A DNA stretch of 64,000 nt from Nymphaea colorata. Lineage: Eukaryota. The stretch's first letter is position 1. Every line of letters begins with the position of its first letter. The notes below the pieces were generated by a model. It searched no databases, was not told where the DNA came from, and worked only from the letters and a program-made list of their open reading frames with translations. The translations under genes were made by a program, and so were the position numbers. Positions 11,963 to 24,352 of the stretch are shown here, in pieces. The stretch covers positions 12,276,001 through 12,340,000 of the forward strand of contig NC_045138.2 in assembly GCF_008831285.2 (NCBI RefSeq), written 5' to 3'.

Positions 11963-14900
11963 TGATACGTGCCTAATTTTAGCACCGTCGAGGACAGCCG
12001 AGGGCATGATCAAGAGCCATGGAGTGGAGCCGACCAGCGGTGTAGGGTGTAGCTAGGCACGTCGATTACCACCTAACAAGCCTACACCCTCTTTCTCTTG
12101 TGAGGTTAACCTCGACATGGTTCAGGGTTTGACACTTGTAGACCCTTCGGGGATTACTTATGTGGCTGCAGTGGGAGGAGCGAGCCGAGCAGCTAAGGTC
12201 GAAAAAGGGGAAACAGGGCTTAGACCGAGTTCAGAGATTGAAGACCAGCATGACAGTGGACCAGGACCCGGTTTAAGCCAGACCAAAGTAAGGTATCAAG
12301 ACCTTAACCAAGTTACGGAGTAGCCTAGGATGAACCTAGGCAAGTTATACTCAGACCCACAGGTCCGGGACACATTGGATCAGGCAAAACGAGTTTGGAT
12401 TCATGCCCATTTGCTTTATAGTACTCTTGTCTTAGTGCTTTTTATATTGTCTCCTTTTGAGACATTTTTAGAATCGATTTAGTTAAGTTTTTTGTACCAT
12501 CTGGGGTTAGGAGTAAGTGAACCGAGATGCTCTCTTTTGTATATATTCTCTAAGGTGTGAAACCCTAGGTATGCTTTTGATACTGAAGAATTGATTTTCA
12601 TTACTTTCTCTCTCCTTCCCGTGAGGGGTCATCTTCTCCACTAGTTCTCACCGATGATGGCCAGAAACTCTTCTCCAAACCTCCATTACCGGTGACGGCT
12701 GGTTCATGCTCTTCTTCAACCTCACGGCCTCCTCTATTTCAGCTTCTTCCTCTTCTAAACTCCCTTCTCTCAACGGCCGAAGGAGCTATGAGCGGAAGAC
12801 CTCAAGATGAAGCTTCCGGGCAGCACCTTGTCTTCTACACCTCACGTTTTTACCCCAAACCAGCAAGACAAGGAGACTACGGTGCATTCCTTGTCATCCA
12901 CAACGGGGTTTAGAGGCTAGATCTTCAATCGAGAAGGCGGACGAGGGCTGATTTCATCACAGATCTGGTGGAGTCTACCAGAGGCTGCAAGTTCACGGAT
13001 CAACCCCTTAAACAAGGCAAGTGCTCGAGTTTCCCTCGGTATTTTCCTTTGGGTTGATCGCGGAAAGGAATCTCGTTCTCGGTCGCACGCGCGCAGGCAG
13101 AATTCCAGAAACATACACCTGTTCAAAGAGCCATATCTGAAGATCTACCAGGAGTTAGAGGACGATCCATACGTCATTGAAATTGTCTCGGCATCCTCCA
13201 CAACATACCAAATTTGGCGGTGATCAGAGTTTCTTTGGTCGGTCAAATCAATGTAGGAACAGAGCAAATTCTGCGGCCGCGATTATATCATTTTCAAAAA
13301 TAGGTTGCTGTTCTTCGATCTGGATATGGAGATTCACTGAGAGTTTCATCACGTACAATATGTCGTTGGATTCTTCTTGAAGTCAGCTACCATCTGTTCA
13401 AATTTCAATAAGAGTGAAGTTCATTTGGGCATCAGAATCTGCGGCGAAACAGATCTGTGTCGCCGCAGTCGTTCTGCCGCGGCCAATAGCAGACCGGTCT
13501 GATCAACGACCATTTTTCGGTGATCCGTCGAAAGTCTGAAGGAGTTCTTGGTACCGTTGGATTCGTCTCAATCCCAAATACAACATATCCAAAAATCACG
13601 TTGATCGGATGTCATTTGACTGGTAAAATATTGATGGAAACAGGACTCTCTGTAGACCAACTTGGGAGAACTAGGACCAATTGCATCGACGTAGCCAACC
13701 AGTGAAAGCATCACCCATTCTGGCAACGAATTGGGTTTTCTGGTGATCTGGTGAAGTTCTCTAAATTGCCCTTGCTTAAATGATTATTCCTTTTATTTGG
13801 CTTTGATCATTTGCCCTATTTTGGTCATTTGATTGAATTGAGGACGCACTTGCCTCATATTCACACGAAGCTAAGTTGGAAGGAGTCAAGGTTGCCCTAG
13901 CAGCTTCTCACGCCCTTCATCTAGGCCCTACACGTGTCAATCATCATTGGCGTGCTCAAGAAAGGCAACCAACAGCGAGTGAATGTGGACGCCATTCCCT
14001 CCAAGTGCATGCAACGGATAAAGGCAACCTTAGCGCCAATCTTGGAAGGTACATGAGCTGTCTAAGCGCAGCGAAAAGGAGATCCTCTACCCGCCAATTT
14101 TGGAGGAGATATTATTGGAGGAAGCTCGCTCGTGTTGCCACCTTACCTTACATCCAAAAAAGCAATCCAATCCGCCAAGTTTGGAGGAATCATTCTCGGA
14201 AAGGAGCCAGCCTGCCACACCATCCCTTGCCACCTCGTCCCAACCCAAAAGGTCAAGTTCTCTCGCCTTTCCCTCTCCCATTCATTCCTAATTCCTAGCC
14301 GGGCTCCTAGATTATAGCCTATCACCCACCGAAACAGGAAACTTCCCTAGTCGCCTTCCTTATCCTCCACGCACCATTCCCCCTTTCTTATGGATTCACT
14401 TTCCTAAACCTTTACCACATCACCTACCCGTTGCTACCAAGGAGATCTTTCCTAATCTAGGGTGCTCTATCTTGTGCAATAATTCATAACCATAATTGGA
14501 CCTCTTTTCCTCTTTACCATTGACCGAACCTAGCCTCGCATGAACCTAACTCAGCTAGACCCACGTGATCTAGCCCACCTAAGGTCAATCTTGACCGAGT
14601 CCTAGACCGAGCCTACTTATTAGGCATTGACCGAACCCACCAACCTAGTCTCACCCGAACCTACGTCACCCGAGTCCATTCCATTCCAGTCCGAGCTAAC
14701 CTACCCTCCACCCAAGTCAGACCTACCCGACCTAGCCTACCCTCAACTAAAGGCGGACCACCTCTACTACGAGGCCGAGCAAGGAGTGTACCCAAGTGGG
14801 CGACATCTTCACAAGGAGTTGACGCCAACTTCACCTCCTCCATAGCGGCAAGGCGTGCCGCTTATCAAGGTAGATCTCAGCCCCCGAGCAACAGCCATCT

Positions 14901-15511
14901 ACGGCGTGAGTCAACCTCTTCCTCGGCCAGGAGGGCCGAGCCTCTTCATTGTCCGTTGCTGCAATACCCGAGGTCTGGTTTTTACCTCTGGGTCATCTTG
15001 CGGATTTAGCCAAGCTTAGCCTTGGCTAGTGATCTTCTCAACCCCCTATAGCTACGTGGATTGAGTGTTTTATTACATGCTTTGCTTTTAGCCTGGCTAC
15101 GGCCATTGCCTTGACCAGTGGTACCTCTAAGGCCCAAAAGCTGAGGACACGACCGTGGGGGCAGCAGCCTACCTATTGGGATTGGTTGTGGTTTGCACGT
15201 TCATTAGGCATGTATGACAGGATGGTTTGGTTGTATGGTTTGTGAGTGAGGATTGAGAGCTTCATTTGTATCGCTCGCGCTTTGTATAGCCTTCAAACTC
15301 ATTCTTTGTAGTAGGGAGTAAGCCTCACGGGTTGGGATACACCAGACTTGTACCGCTACCTAGGGGATTTTGCGTCGGAGTCCTGTCTGGCCGGGTTTTG
15401 AAATTGTAAATAATTTGTTTTTGGTTTCGTCCGACGGCTTCTCCGAGAGATCTTGGGAGAGGATCGACATCTGGCAGAAGTCTTGGACGACGCCGGGTCT
15501 TGGTCCTAACA
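11963..15511 (+). repeat. 3' LTR (3549 bp)
   Basis: TG...CA termini, collinear with 5684-9240, followed by the TSD. Confidence 0.95.
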
Positions 15512-18500
15512 TTACATGAGGTAAGTGGCAATTTTAATCACAACACAAGCCTGCTCATACATTCCTCCATCTTCATCTTCTTCTTCTCGCAAGAACTCTG
15601 ATTCAGCAGCAAATTTGTTTTGTCACATAAAACATATTAGAGGCATGTGTTCTCTGAAAAAATGACGGAGGAAGTAGGGGATTAGAGAGTGAATGAAAAT
15701 TGGAAACATATGGGGGATCGATGCATCTTACCGATTGCCCAAAGAGGATGGAAGAGGAACCCTAACAAGAACGAGGAAAAAACCGAACGCCGGTCACCGT
15801 CCGCTGCCTCCAACGCCGTCGCCGTCCACCGCCGCTGCCCAAAAGAGCAGAACCACCAAGCAGCTGCCCTTGGAAGAGAAGAACGCTGGAGAGGCGACAG
15901 AGAAGAACACTCGAGAGGTGGAAGAGAAGAACGCTTGTTGTCGACTTTTGGGCATTTTGATATGGTTTGGATTTGGTTCCGACCTGGAACCAAATCCAAA
16001 CGTATCACCACTTACCGGCATACCGGTACTGCCGTACCAGTGTACCGGTACTGGTATGCCGGTCACCCAGGCGTACTACGGTAACATAGAGGCAAACGAA
16101 AGGAAAATAGGGCAAATGAAAGGGGTGAGCTTGGGTTTTGTGGGTTGAATTTGGGTGGAGTTAAAGTAAACTCAGATTCAAATATTATATGGCTAAAAAA
16201 AAATCATTTTTTTAATTTTTTTTTTCAATTAGCTGGGGTGGTGAGGTCATGGCCCAGCGGACCCTTGCTCCGCCCCGATTATGAATGACCAAAACAACAC
16301 TGAATCAAAACAAAGCAGCACCATTTAGACTATTCACAACAATGCAATGGCAAGGTTTTATTTACCTGTTAAATAGTTGCTTAATTTATTAAATTGATTA
16401 AAAAATGTTACATTGATTTATTAATCGATAAAATAAATAAACTCATTGAATAAAACTTGGGTTTAATTCTTGATTCAGAAGTTTTGTATTATTTTCACAT
16501 ATTTTTTCTGATCAATTTTTTTTTTAAATACTTGTCTAAACCCACCTTTCATTTGAGAATGTGGTTGTCTTGGATTGGAGGATAGCCATAATTTTTTTCT
16601 TTTATAAATACTTTATTAAAAGTTGGATTACTGTTTTCTGCATGTGATTTCATGTAGTTTTGTACTGTAGGAATTGAATCTTCCATGAGAGTTTTAACTC
16701 GAGTCCACATAAATTTCTTTGTTCGTATTTATTTATTTTGATTTTTTTAAGTGATATTCTAATTTTACAAGTTGTAAAAAATCGTTGAGTTTTATTCCTA
16801 ACTCATTTAGATAAATAATTTTATTGTAATCTTTTAGATTTTCATATTTTCTTTTTATGAACAAATATTTATTGCTTAATTTTGACTTAGTTGGTTAAGA
16901 TGTTTTAACTATTAGCTTATCAATTTTCTCAATAAGTTCTTTGTCCTATTTGATTTATATATCTTTAAGTTATTTAAGGATGTGTTATATTATTCTCATA
17001 TACATTCTTTGACCAATTTTTTTTTAATATTTATCTAAAACAAGTATTTTATCAACTAAATAAAATTTTTATAAGGTTGCATGTTTGAGCAAATAATATG
17101 TTTGAGTAGTTAGACAAGTAGTTTTCTCAATAAACAAGTTTATCATCTGATATTCATACTTTTTTCACAAGTTTTTCATATGATTTTTATATTTTTTCTA
17201 CAAGTTATTTATATAACTTTCATGCATTTTTCATAATAACTGTGCACATTGAACATTGATTGTCTATTTAACATATTTTGATGGAGTAAACTATTATTTC
17301 ATGATGATCACTTATTAAGAATTATTAAATCAGGTGGCCCATATTATTTTTCATTTAAGTAAGACATTATTTAGTGGTTTTTTTTAATTTCATTGAGTTA
17401 ATTAAAATAATTTGTGTTATGTCCGTAAAAAGAATGTTCAATGATGTCAAACCTTCATTCGCTCTACATCGTCACTAACTTTTTAGGTTAATCCTTTTAG
17501 CTTGATTGCAATAGGTGTTTTTTTTTTTTACATAAAATTGTATTGCATAATCAATTCATATAATTTATTAAATCAAACAATTTGTTGTTTTCCTACTAGT
17601 TAAAGGTTCTTGTTTTTAAATTTTTGAATTATGCGTTATATATCAAATACCTAAGACTTTTTAACATATTATATGATTATACAAAATAATTTACTTGATT
17701 GATTAAATAAATCATTGATAATTTGATAAATAAATTTTTTTATGAGTTTAACAGTTTTTTTATATTAAATATATTTATTTGATATTAATTTTCATATTTT
17801 TAAAAATTCCCATTTTGTTGAAATTTCTTGATTGAAGTTTTCTTTATTATTTTCAACTAAATAAATATACTATGTAAGATATCCTGCTTAGTTGATGCCT
17901 TAACTATAATAGTTTGCCTGTTTACATAAAAACATTTAATTAAATATAATATTAATTATTAATTAATTAATTTTATATAATATAGTTTTAAATACTTTAA
18001 GTTAAAAGGTGTAAATGATAACTGTATAATTATTATTATATGCAACTCCATGGAAGTCATTAGATCTTAAACAAATTATACATTCATATACAATTTATAT
18101 TCTTTTTAAGTGATAACTTTAAGTTAATGGGTTGGCTAGACCTTTTGCCTTTCGGATTCGGATAACAACTTCGGATATCAAGCTGCAATTCGGATTCGGA
18201 TATCAACTCAAAATTCAGATATACTTGTTAAGATGATTAATATTTGATCAAATATTTATTTAAACCAAATCCGAATCCGTATCCAATCAGATGTTATTTC
18301 TAAAATCTTAATCCAATCCTATTTTCTTATTCGGATGTTAAATCCCTTAACATATCCGATTTTTTAAAGGCAATTCGGATAGATATCCAATCCATATCCG
18401 ATTCATTGACATCCCTAGTCGCTGGGCTGCCCCATTGGTGGCATGACGGGAAAAGTCACAAATGTTCCTTCTTTTGCTGGACTTGTTTATTATGGAATTC

Positions 18501-20275
18501 ATGCATGGTCATAAAAAACACTTAAAAAACAAAAAAATATGATAAATTAAATTACCGTTTAAAACTAAAAAATACATTTTTTTTAATATTAAAAATGAAA
18601 AAAAAAACATGTTTTTTTCGTTTTTTTACTTTTTTTTTTTATTTTTTAATGCCAAACAGTTTTTTTATTTTCTATTTTTTATTTGTTGCAAATCTACTTA
18701 TCTTTTGATGTTTGTGTTATTAGTTTCTTAGTTATTTTATTTTTCTCTCATTTTTAGTTTTTTAATTTTTTAAAAATTTACCATATTTCTCTGGTTTTTT
18801 TCAAATTCGTCTTATTATATCTGAGAAAAGCTTCGCCGTTTAAAAGTCCGAAATATTATTTGTGACTATGAATTCATGTTAGTTTGATCACTTCATCATT
18901 CTCTTCATGGCTCTTGCATGGGATAGGGCTTATCATCTCTGACCCCATCTAGTTCATGCTTTATGCTTGGTGAGCAGGAGGTTGTCTAGTGCAGGGGGGA
19001 ATGTTTTTGGGAGCCACACTACATACATGGAATATTTTGGTTATGTGATCCATTATTTTGGGGATGTATGTGACATGGAGTTGTAAATATTTTTAGTTAA
19101 AGGACATAAAAATTTGCTAATACGGGATGCTGATTGGTGCATTTGAGTACCTCGGTGCAGCACCACAAATTCTAATCAAGAATTGGACCAGTTATGTCTA
19201 ATTTGATTCAATTTCCATTTTTCACAACATTGCTAAATACCATGACAATAATCGAATGTAGATTCAATAAAATTAAATAACAAATCGACTTCTCTACGAT
19301 CTTAATGCAAAGAACAAAGTTCTTTCGGTTGATCCAACCAGAGCATACATTGATTACAACTATCCCTCTACAGATTTCTTTGCAAAGTTAAATTAAGGAA
19401 AGTGCTTTGAAATACAATGTGTAGGACCAAATAACTTTGATCTCCCTTTTCTTTTTTCCCTCAAGTCGACATTATGAATGCATTCGTTATGCTTCATTGA
19501 CTACAAGCCGACATTGAAAGCAGACTTTTGTCCTTTTTTAAGTATTTCTGAAGAATCTAATTGTACGAGTCTTGGTTTCTTTTGATACTATTGATTATTG
19601 GCTTATGAACTTATATTACTGATGATGTTTTTGTCAGATAAATCCAGTCGTATGAGTTGATTTTGATATATGGGAATTCTATGTATTGTCTTGCTTTAAC
19701 AGAATTTTGTTATCTAAAATGGTGATTTTCTATACAACATATCTTATTATGGACTTGTAATTGAGTTGATACAACATGTCCTTGTGTTATTAAATGATTT
19801 GATAAATGATATACAAACATAATATTCTTGCCATCTAATGACATATAGAAAAAAGTCAAAGACAATATGGATAGAACAAGACCACCATAACACACAAACA
19901 CTGGGCAAAACAGTCAGAATGGATAAAACTAGTGCGGAGAGAATAGACAAAACATGTAGAATAGACAGACGTCATGTTTTGTTCCTATAACCATCAAACA
20001 ATGGACAAAGAACACCACCACTAAGAGAAAATCATGTCCGCACTGTTTCACGGACAACAATCAAACGGCTTCTAGTAGAGGATAGGTGCAACTAAAATGT
20101 GGTTTCATGGATACGTTCATGTCATTTGATAGTATGAACTGCTTCAATAGTCCCAACATTATTCAAAGCTGAGCCCCACTAAAAATACAGGTTGCCTTAT
20201 GAATGGGAATTTCCTTTCCTTGTCTTTTTTTCAGTGCTTCATGGCTTCAGCCTCTATGTGGAGTGAAACAATTTT

Positions 20276-20570
20276 GGGGGTGTTTAAATGACACTCCAAA
20301 ATCAGGTTTTTGGAGTGTTTGGATGCCATCAAAACTGGGTTTGAAGAAAACCCAGTTTTGACAAACCTAGTTTTATAAAAGGGAATGAAGAACTTGGTCC
20401 CTTTTAAGTTATTCAAAAATCAGGTTTTAGATGTGTTACCCAAAAGAAAAACAAAGTTTCTAAAACACATTAAAAAGGTTGGTTTTTATAAAACCTAGTT
20501 TTTGCAAAACTGGGTGGGAAGAGGACCGAATGCCCCACTTTAACTAGAATTAATTCACCTCAAACACCTC
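20276..20570. mobile_element. Possible Tourist-like MITE remnant
   Basis: ggggtgttt at the left end and caaacacctc at the right; internal inverted aaaactgggt/acccagtttt repeats. TSD not identified. Confidence 0.35.
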
Positions 20571-21018
20571 CTATAAGATGTAAAAACTTTCCAGAGGAGT
20601 TCAGTCCTAGAACAAGCGTTACTCGATACTCTATCATAAATTTCTAAACCTTTAACACGCATAAAATTAAGTTAAGACCATAATGCTCTTCATGACACAG
20701 TGTTCCCTTTGGATCTAGAAAGAGATCACGCAGTCTGGCTTATCAAGCCAAGAAAGAAAGTTGAAGCCCGCCCCTTCAGGTAGTTTTTTTTGGTACTCCT
20801 CAAATCCACCTGTGCGCATTCCCCGCCTTCTTCTCAAAGGCATCCCAACAATCACGGGACAACATTGATTCCAAGGAAATATGAAAAGAGAAAATATATT
20901 CAACTTGATGGTTCATTTAATAAAAAGAATGACATTTGAACATTTTACTTCGTAACAGTTGAAGGACATCTTATTTGAATAATTAAATAATAAAGAAATG
21001 GAAGCTGATGGGTTGGAG

Positions 21019-24000
21019 CTATTTACGGGACGGGAGAGAGCACGGCTTCAAGAACCAAAACAGGTCTAATGATCGGTCTACCAGTGGTGAAATTGTTAAC
21101 TTATCCTCCTCAATCTCCTCACCTGCGGTCCTCATCTTTCCATTTGGCGACGACTCTTGTAGACTTCTTATCCTCTCCTCCTGCATTAATCCAAATGAGG
21201 AATGATTATGAAAGCAATAACAAAACAAGACCCATATCCAAAGAGACCCATTTCTACATAACAGGACCCCAAGAGAAGCATCAAAGACGCTCTACTATAT
21301 CGTGGCATCCCCCCCCCCCCCCCCCATCGTATTTCGTCGCACATTCCGATCTTTTTTTTTTCCAATATATAGATTTAATAGCACTATGAAATACGAAAAA
21401 ACATAGGAGGCGACCACCAATTAATTGGTCATTCCAATTAAACAAATGAATTCATTGATCAAATATCAATTTGAATTACTAATTCAAATTATAGGTTCAA
21501 TTGGAATGACCAATTTTCACCCACAGATTTAAGGCAGAAGACTTGAACAGCTTCCCGTTCATGCATATTTCATGTATATGTGTGCATGTGCTTGTGAGCA
21601 TGTCAAAGAAGTATATGCTGTTGGCTCACCATGGAGATTGAGCGGGTGGAAGAAGACTTGAGAGGGGAAGCTATTGGTGGCTTGAGTGCAGAAGGGTGAG
21701 GAGGAAACTTTTGAGGCGTCGGGGGTGCCGATCGGACTCCCTTGCTGCTGCTGCTGCTGCTACTGCCGCCGTTTACTTTCCCGGTGATCTTCCATTCTGG
21801 CCGGTGACCTCCCGCCTTTCCTTCAGCCTTTTTGCTGCTATTTTCCCCTCGGTCTTTCCTGGAGCGCATTAAATATATTAGCAATGGAGTAAGTATTCGA
21901 ACAAAAAAAAGTTATACCTAAATCAGAAATATGATTTCACAATCTAAATCTGATCTAAATCCAATTTTTATATTGATATCTGAATCCAAATCTGAGTTTT
22001 GAACTGTTTTTCAAAATGGAAGAGCATTGGATATAAAATATTTATCTATTTAAAACTAAATATAATCTGAATCCAATCAAATATATAAATACATCTGAAT
22101 CCTTAATCATATATATATATATATATATATTTTTCATGTCCTATTTTTTAGAAATCGTTCGTTAGAATATCCAATCCAAACCAAATCAGATTGTAAAAAT
22201 GGTTCGTTTGTGTATCCCATCCAAAGATATGTCGATACCCCTGCCAGTGGAAAGAATTCCTAGTAGAGCAAGTAGTTTTAAGATGTAGAGGAGACGACCT
22301 GGAGGAGTTCAAGGGCTTCCTCCTCTGATTCTCGGCTGTAGAAGACCCTGCGGCAGTCCCGGCCTCGTTGCTTTCCTTGCCCGAACGATCCTTCCTTGGA
22401 GTCGTCGGTTTCGTCGTTTCGGGGTTCACTGGCAGCCCCGCCGCTCGGTTCCCGTTAAGTGCGAGCTTTTTCAACTCTGTGCAGAACTCCGATATCTGGC
22501 TCAGAATGTCCCTCCCCGCGAACAGATTCCGGGCCGAATGAGTGCTTCTCAAAGGCGGCGTCTTGCTGGGAGTTTCAGGCTCTGGCTTTTCCGACTTTCG
22601 TTCCTTCATCGCCGCCGCTGGTCTCTGAACCAAATTTTGCCTCTGGACCTGTTTCTCTACCTTGAATTCATTCGTGAACTTGCCTTTGCGAACCGGATTC
22701 ACGGAAGCAGGGCTGTTCGGATTTCTGTTCTCGCATTCGGATTCCGTAAATGGAGGCTGGTACGGTGCCTTTGTCTTCTTTGGAGATCTCAGCTCGGCGA
22801 GGGAAGTCACGGACGATGAGACGAGTACTCTGCTTTTAGATCTCAGTTCCCTGCGGAAGAAGCAATCGATCCTTAGTTCCAACAAAGTTCGTCCTTCACA
22901 TTTGTGGGAAATTTTGAATAATCTTTACCTTCCATTCATCTCCCTGAGAGGCGTTGTTGCCTCCGATTTGCTGGAAGATCTGACAAGCGAAGCACGCGTT
23001 TGTCGGTCGTGCTGAAACAAGTAAGAAGTATTAAGATATACCCAAAAAATTGCGACGTCAATAAAAGAAGTTTGAAGACATAAATGTTCTAATTTTGTTG
23101 TCGATCTTCATCGACGAATTTCAGCGGAATAAGAAAAAAGAAACTTTTTTGGGTAAATGTAACTGAGATCGACGAATTTCAGCGGAATAAGAAAAAAGAA
23201 ACTTTTTTGGGTAAATGTGACCGAGTTGCTGCATATACACCACCCCCAGGTCTAAGCCGTGCTAAGAAAGAAGATTGAAGATTACCTTGAATTTGGAGGA
23301 CCTCTGCAAGTGGAAATCTGCGAGGGACTTTGGATGCTGGCAATCTGTAAAGCAATAACAATGTGTACAAACTCTTAATAAATAACATATTTCAGCTGTT
23401 TGTAAATAGGCTCGGCCTCCCCCATTTCATCTCAATTTGCAGAAACTTTCATCTCTTCGACACGTTCACTTCCGCTTGAAAGTATATCTAACAGATGCAT
23501 CTCATTAACTTCAGCTTTGAACTTCCTTCTTTCTTTCTTTCAAAGAAAAGAAAAAACGAATTTCATTTTTCCGAATGGCGATATATAGTTTTACTACATC
23601 AATGATCACGGATCTGGTGGGTAAAAAATTGCAAAACTACATACCTTAGGCTCAACAAAAGCTTGAGTAATTTGATTCATTCGTTACATTTTTTTTTTTA
23701 ATGTTTTCTTCCCATTTGAATGAGAAACCTATGACCAATTGGAGGGAAACCATCTTAACAATCAATAAACATCATTCGTATCGGCTTATTGTGTGGAATC
23801 AGCTTACTGTTTTTCAATTTATATCAAGAACTGATGTGTAACTAATCGAAAATGATAGAATATCAAAGCAAGAAAAATTGTAATATCATCATTTCCTCGA
23901 TCAACCGACGCAGATTCTTGTAATTTGCTTTGCTTTACTGTATTTCAAATTGGATGGAGCCCATTCAGGGAAAAGTCGATGAATATTATCTGTTCGGCTT

Positions 24001-24352
24001 TTGGGGAGGGAATGGCAACAGAGTTACCTAATCTTCATAAAGATGAGAACCATTGATCGGACTGCCCGCACCAAAACGACAAAAGAGTTCCATCGACTTA
24101 CTCGGCTTCATTCAATATCGATGTTCTCCGAGGATTACACACCAGTCCATGGATGATTCCATGAATTTCAAGGAAATGGGTAAAGCACACAGAGGGGTAT
24201 AACTCACCGGGCCTGCAGAAGAAGGACTCCTCGTCGGTGGGATCCTCAGGGGCCAAGAAATCGACCCATTTGGGAGCGTTGATTCCTTCATAGGCGTCGT
24301 CCCTGATGAATCTGCTGTCAATGTTGTCCCAATCGATGGCCAAGACTTCCAT
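21019..24352 (-). CDS. Plant-specific uncharacterised protein, 409 aa, 6 coding exons (24352-24208, 23344-23286, 23011-22929, 22850-22299, 21858-21630, 21180-21019); N-terminal TPX2-like motif
   Basis: All introns are GT-AG and the exon phases join into a 1230-nt open frame. Conserved-looking blocks: IDWDNIDS..YEGINAPKWVDF..FCRPDCQHPK, ENRNPN, LRSTHSARNLFAGRDILSQISEFCTELKKLA, VRSAPPTPQKF, LDLFWFLKPC. Confidence 0.88.
21889..22243. mobile_element. Old hAT-type MITE in intron 4 of the host gene
   Basis: Right end CAGGGGTATCGAC on the minus strand; atctga/atcca repeats like those at 3040-3430; degenerate TSD gcaatgga/ccagtgga; contains (AT)n at ~22109-22130. Confidence 0.55.
23110..23225. repeat. 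58-bp tandem duplication in intron 2
   Basis: atcgacgaatttcagcggaataagaaaaaagaaacttttttgggtaaatgt occurs at 23110 and 23168. Confidence 0.95.

Larger units (their letters stand above)
5684..15511 (+). mobile_element. Structurally complete non-autonomous LTR retrotransposon (LARD-like, probably Gypsy-derived), 9828 bp
   Basis: Two ~3.55-kb direct repeats TGATACG...CCTAACA; 5-bp TSD TTACA (5679-5683, 15512-15516); PBS 9243-9254; PPT 11949-11960; 2.7-kb internal region without RT/RH/INT core motifs. Confidence 0.95.
5440..16089. mobile_element. hAT-type MITE (~0.82 kb net) split by an LTR-element insertion
   Basis: Perfect 8-bp TSD AGGCAAAC (5432-5439, 16090-16097); imperfect TIRs CTATGTCACAGCGGTAC / GTACTACGGTAACATAG; gtacc/ggtac subterminal repeats at both ends. 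Confidence 0.85.
3026..18417. mobile_element. Putative large non-autonomous hAT element (outermost layer of the nest)
   Basis: Right end reads TAGGGATGTCAATGAATCGGATAT on the minus strand (Ac/Ds-like TAGGGATG); left end cagaatgtcaacagatcggatat; subterminal atccga/tcggat arrays at 3040-3430 and 18150-18400; flanks gtcgtgg and gtcgctgg fit an 8-bp TSD with one indel. Confidence 0.55.

Noticed and set aside
15682..16148. Four overlapping 90-151 aa ORFs
   Set aside because: GC-rich, low-complexity MITE interior open on both strands; no coding signature.
16240..16277. gctccgcccc, resembling a hAT-MITE terminus
   Set aside because: No partner terminus or TSD found.
18990..19520. Protein-like translation (NRLLYDLNAKNKVLSVDPTRAYIDYNYP)
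   Set aside because: Short, interrupted by stops and not assignable to any family by eye.
22148..22885. 245-aa ORF as a standalone gene
   Set aside because: It is exon 4 of the six-exon gene plus read-through into the flanking introns.
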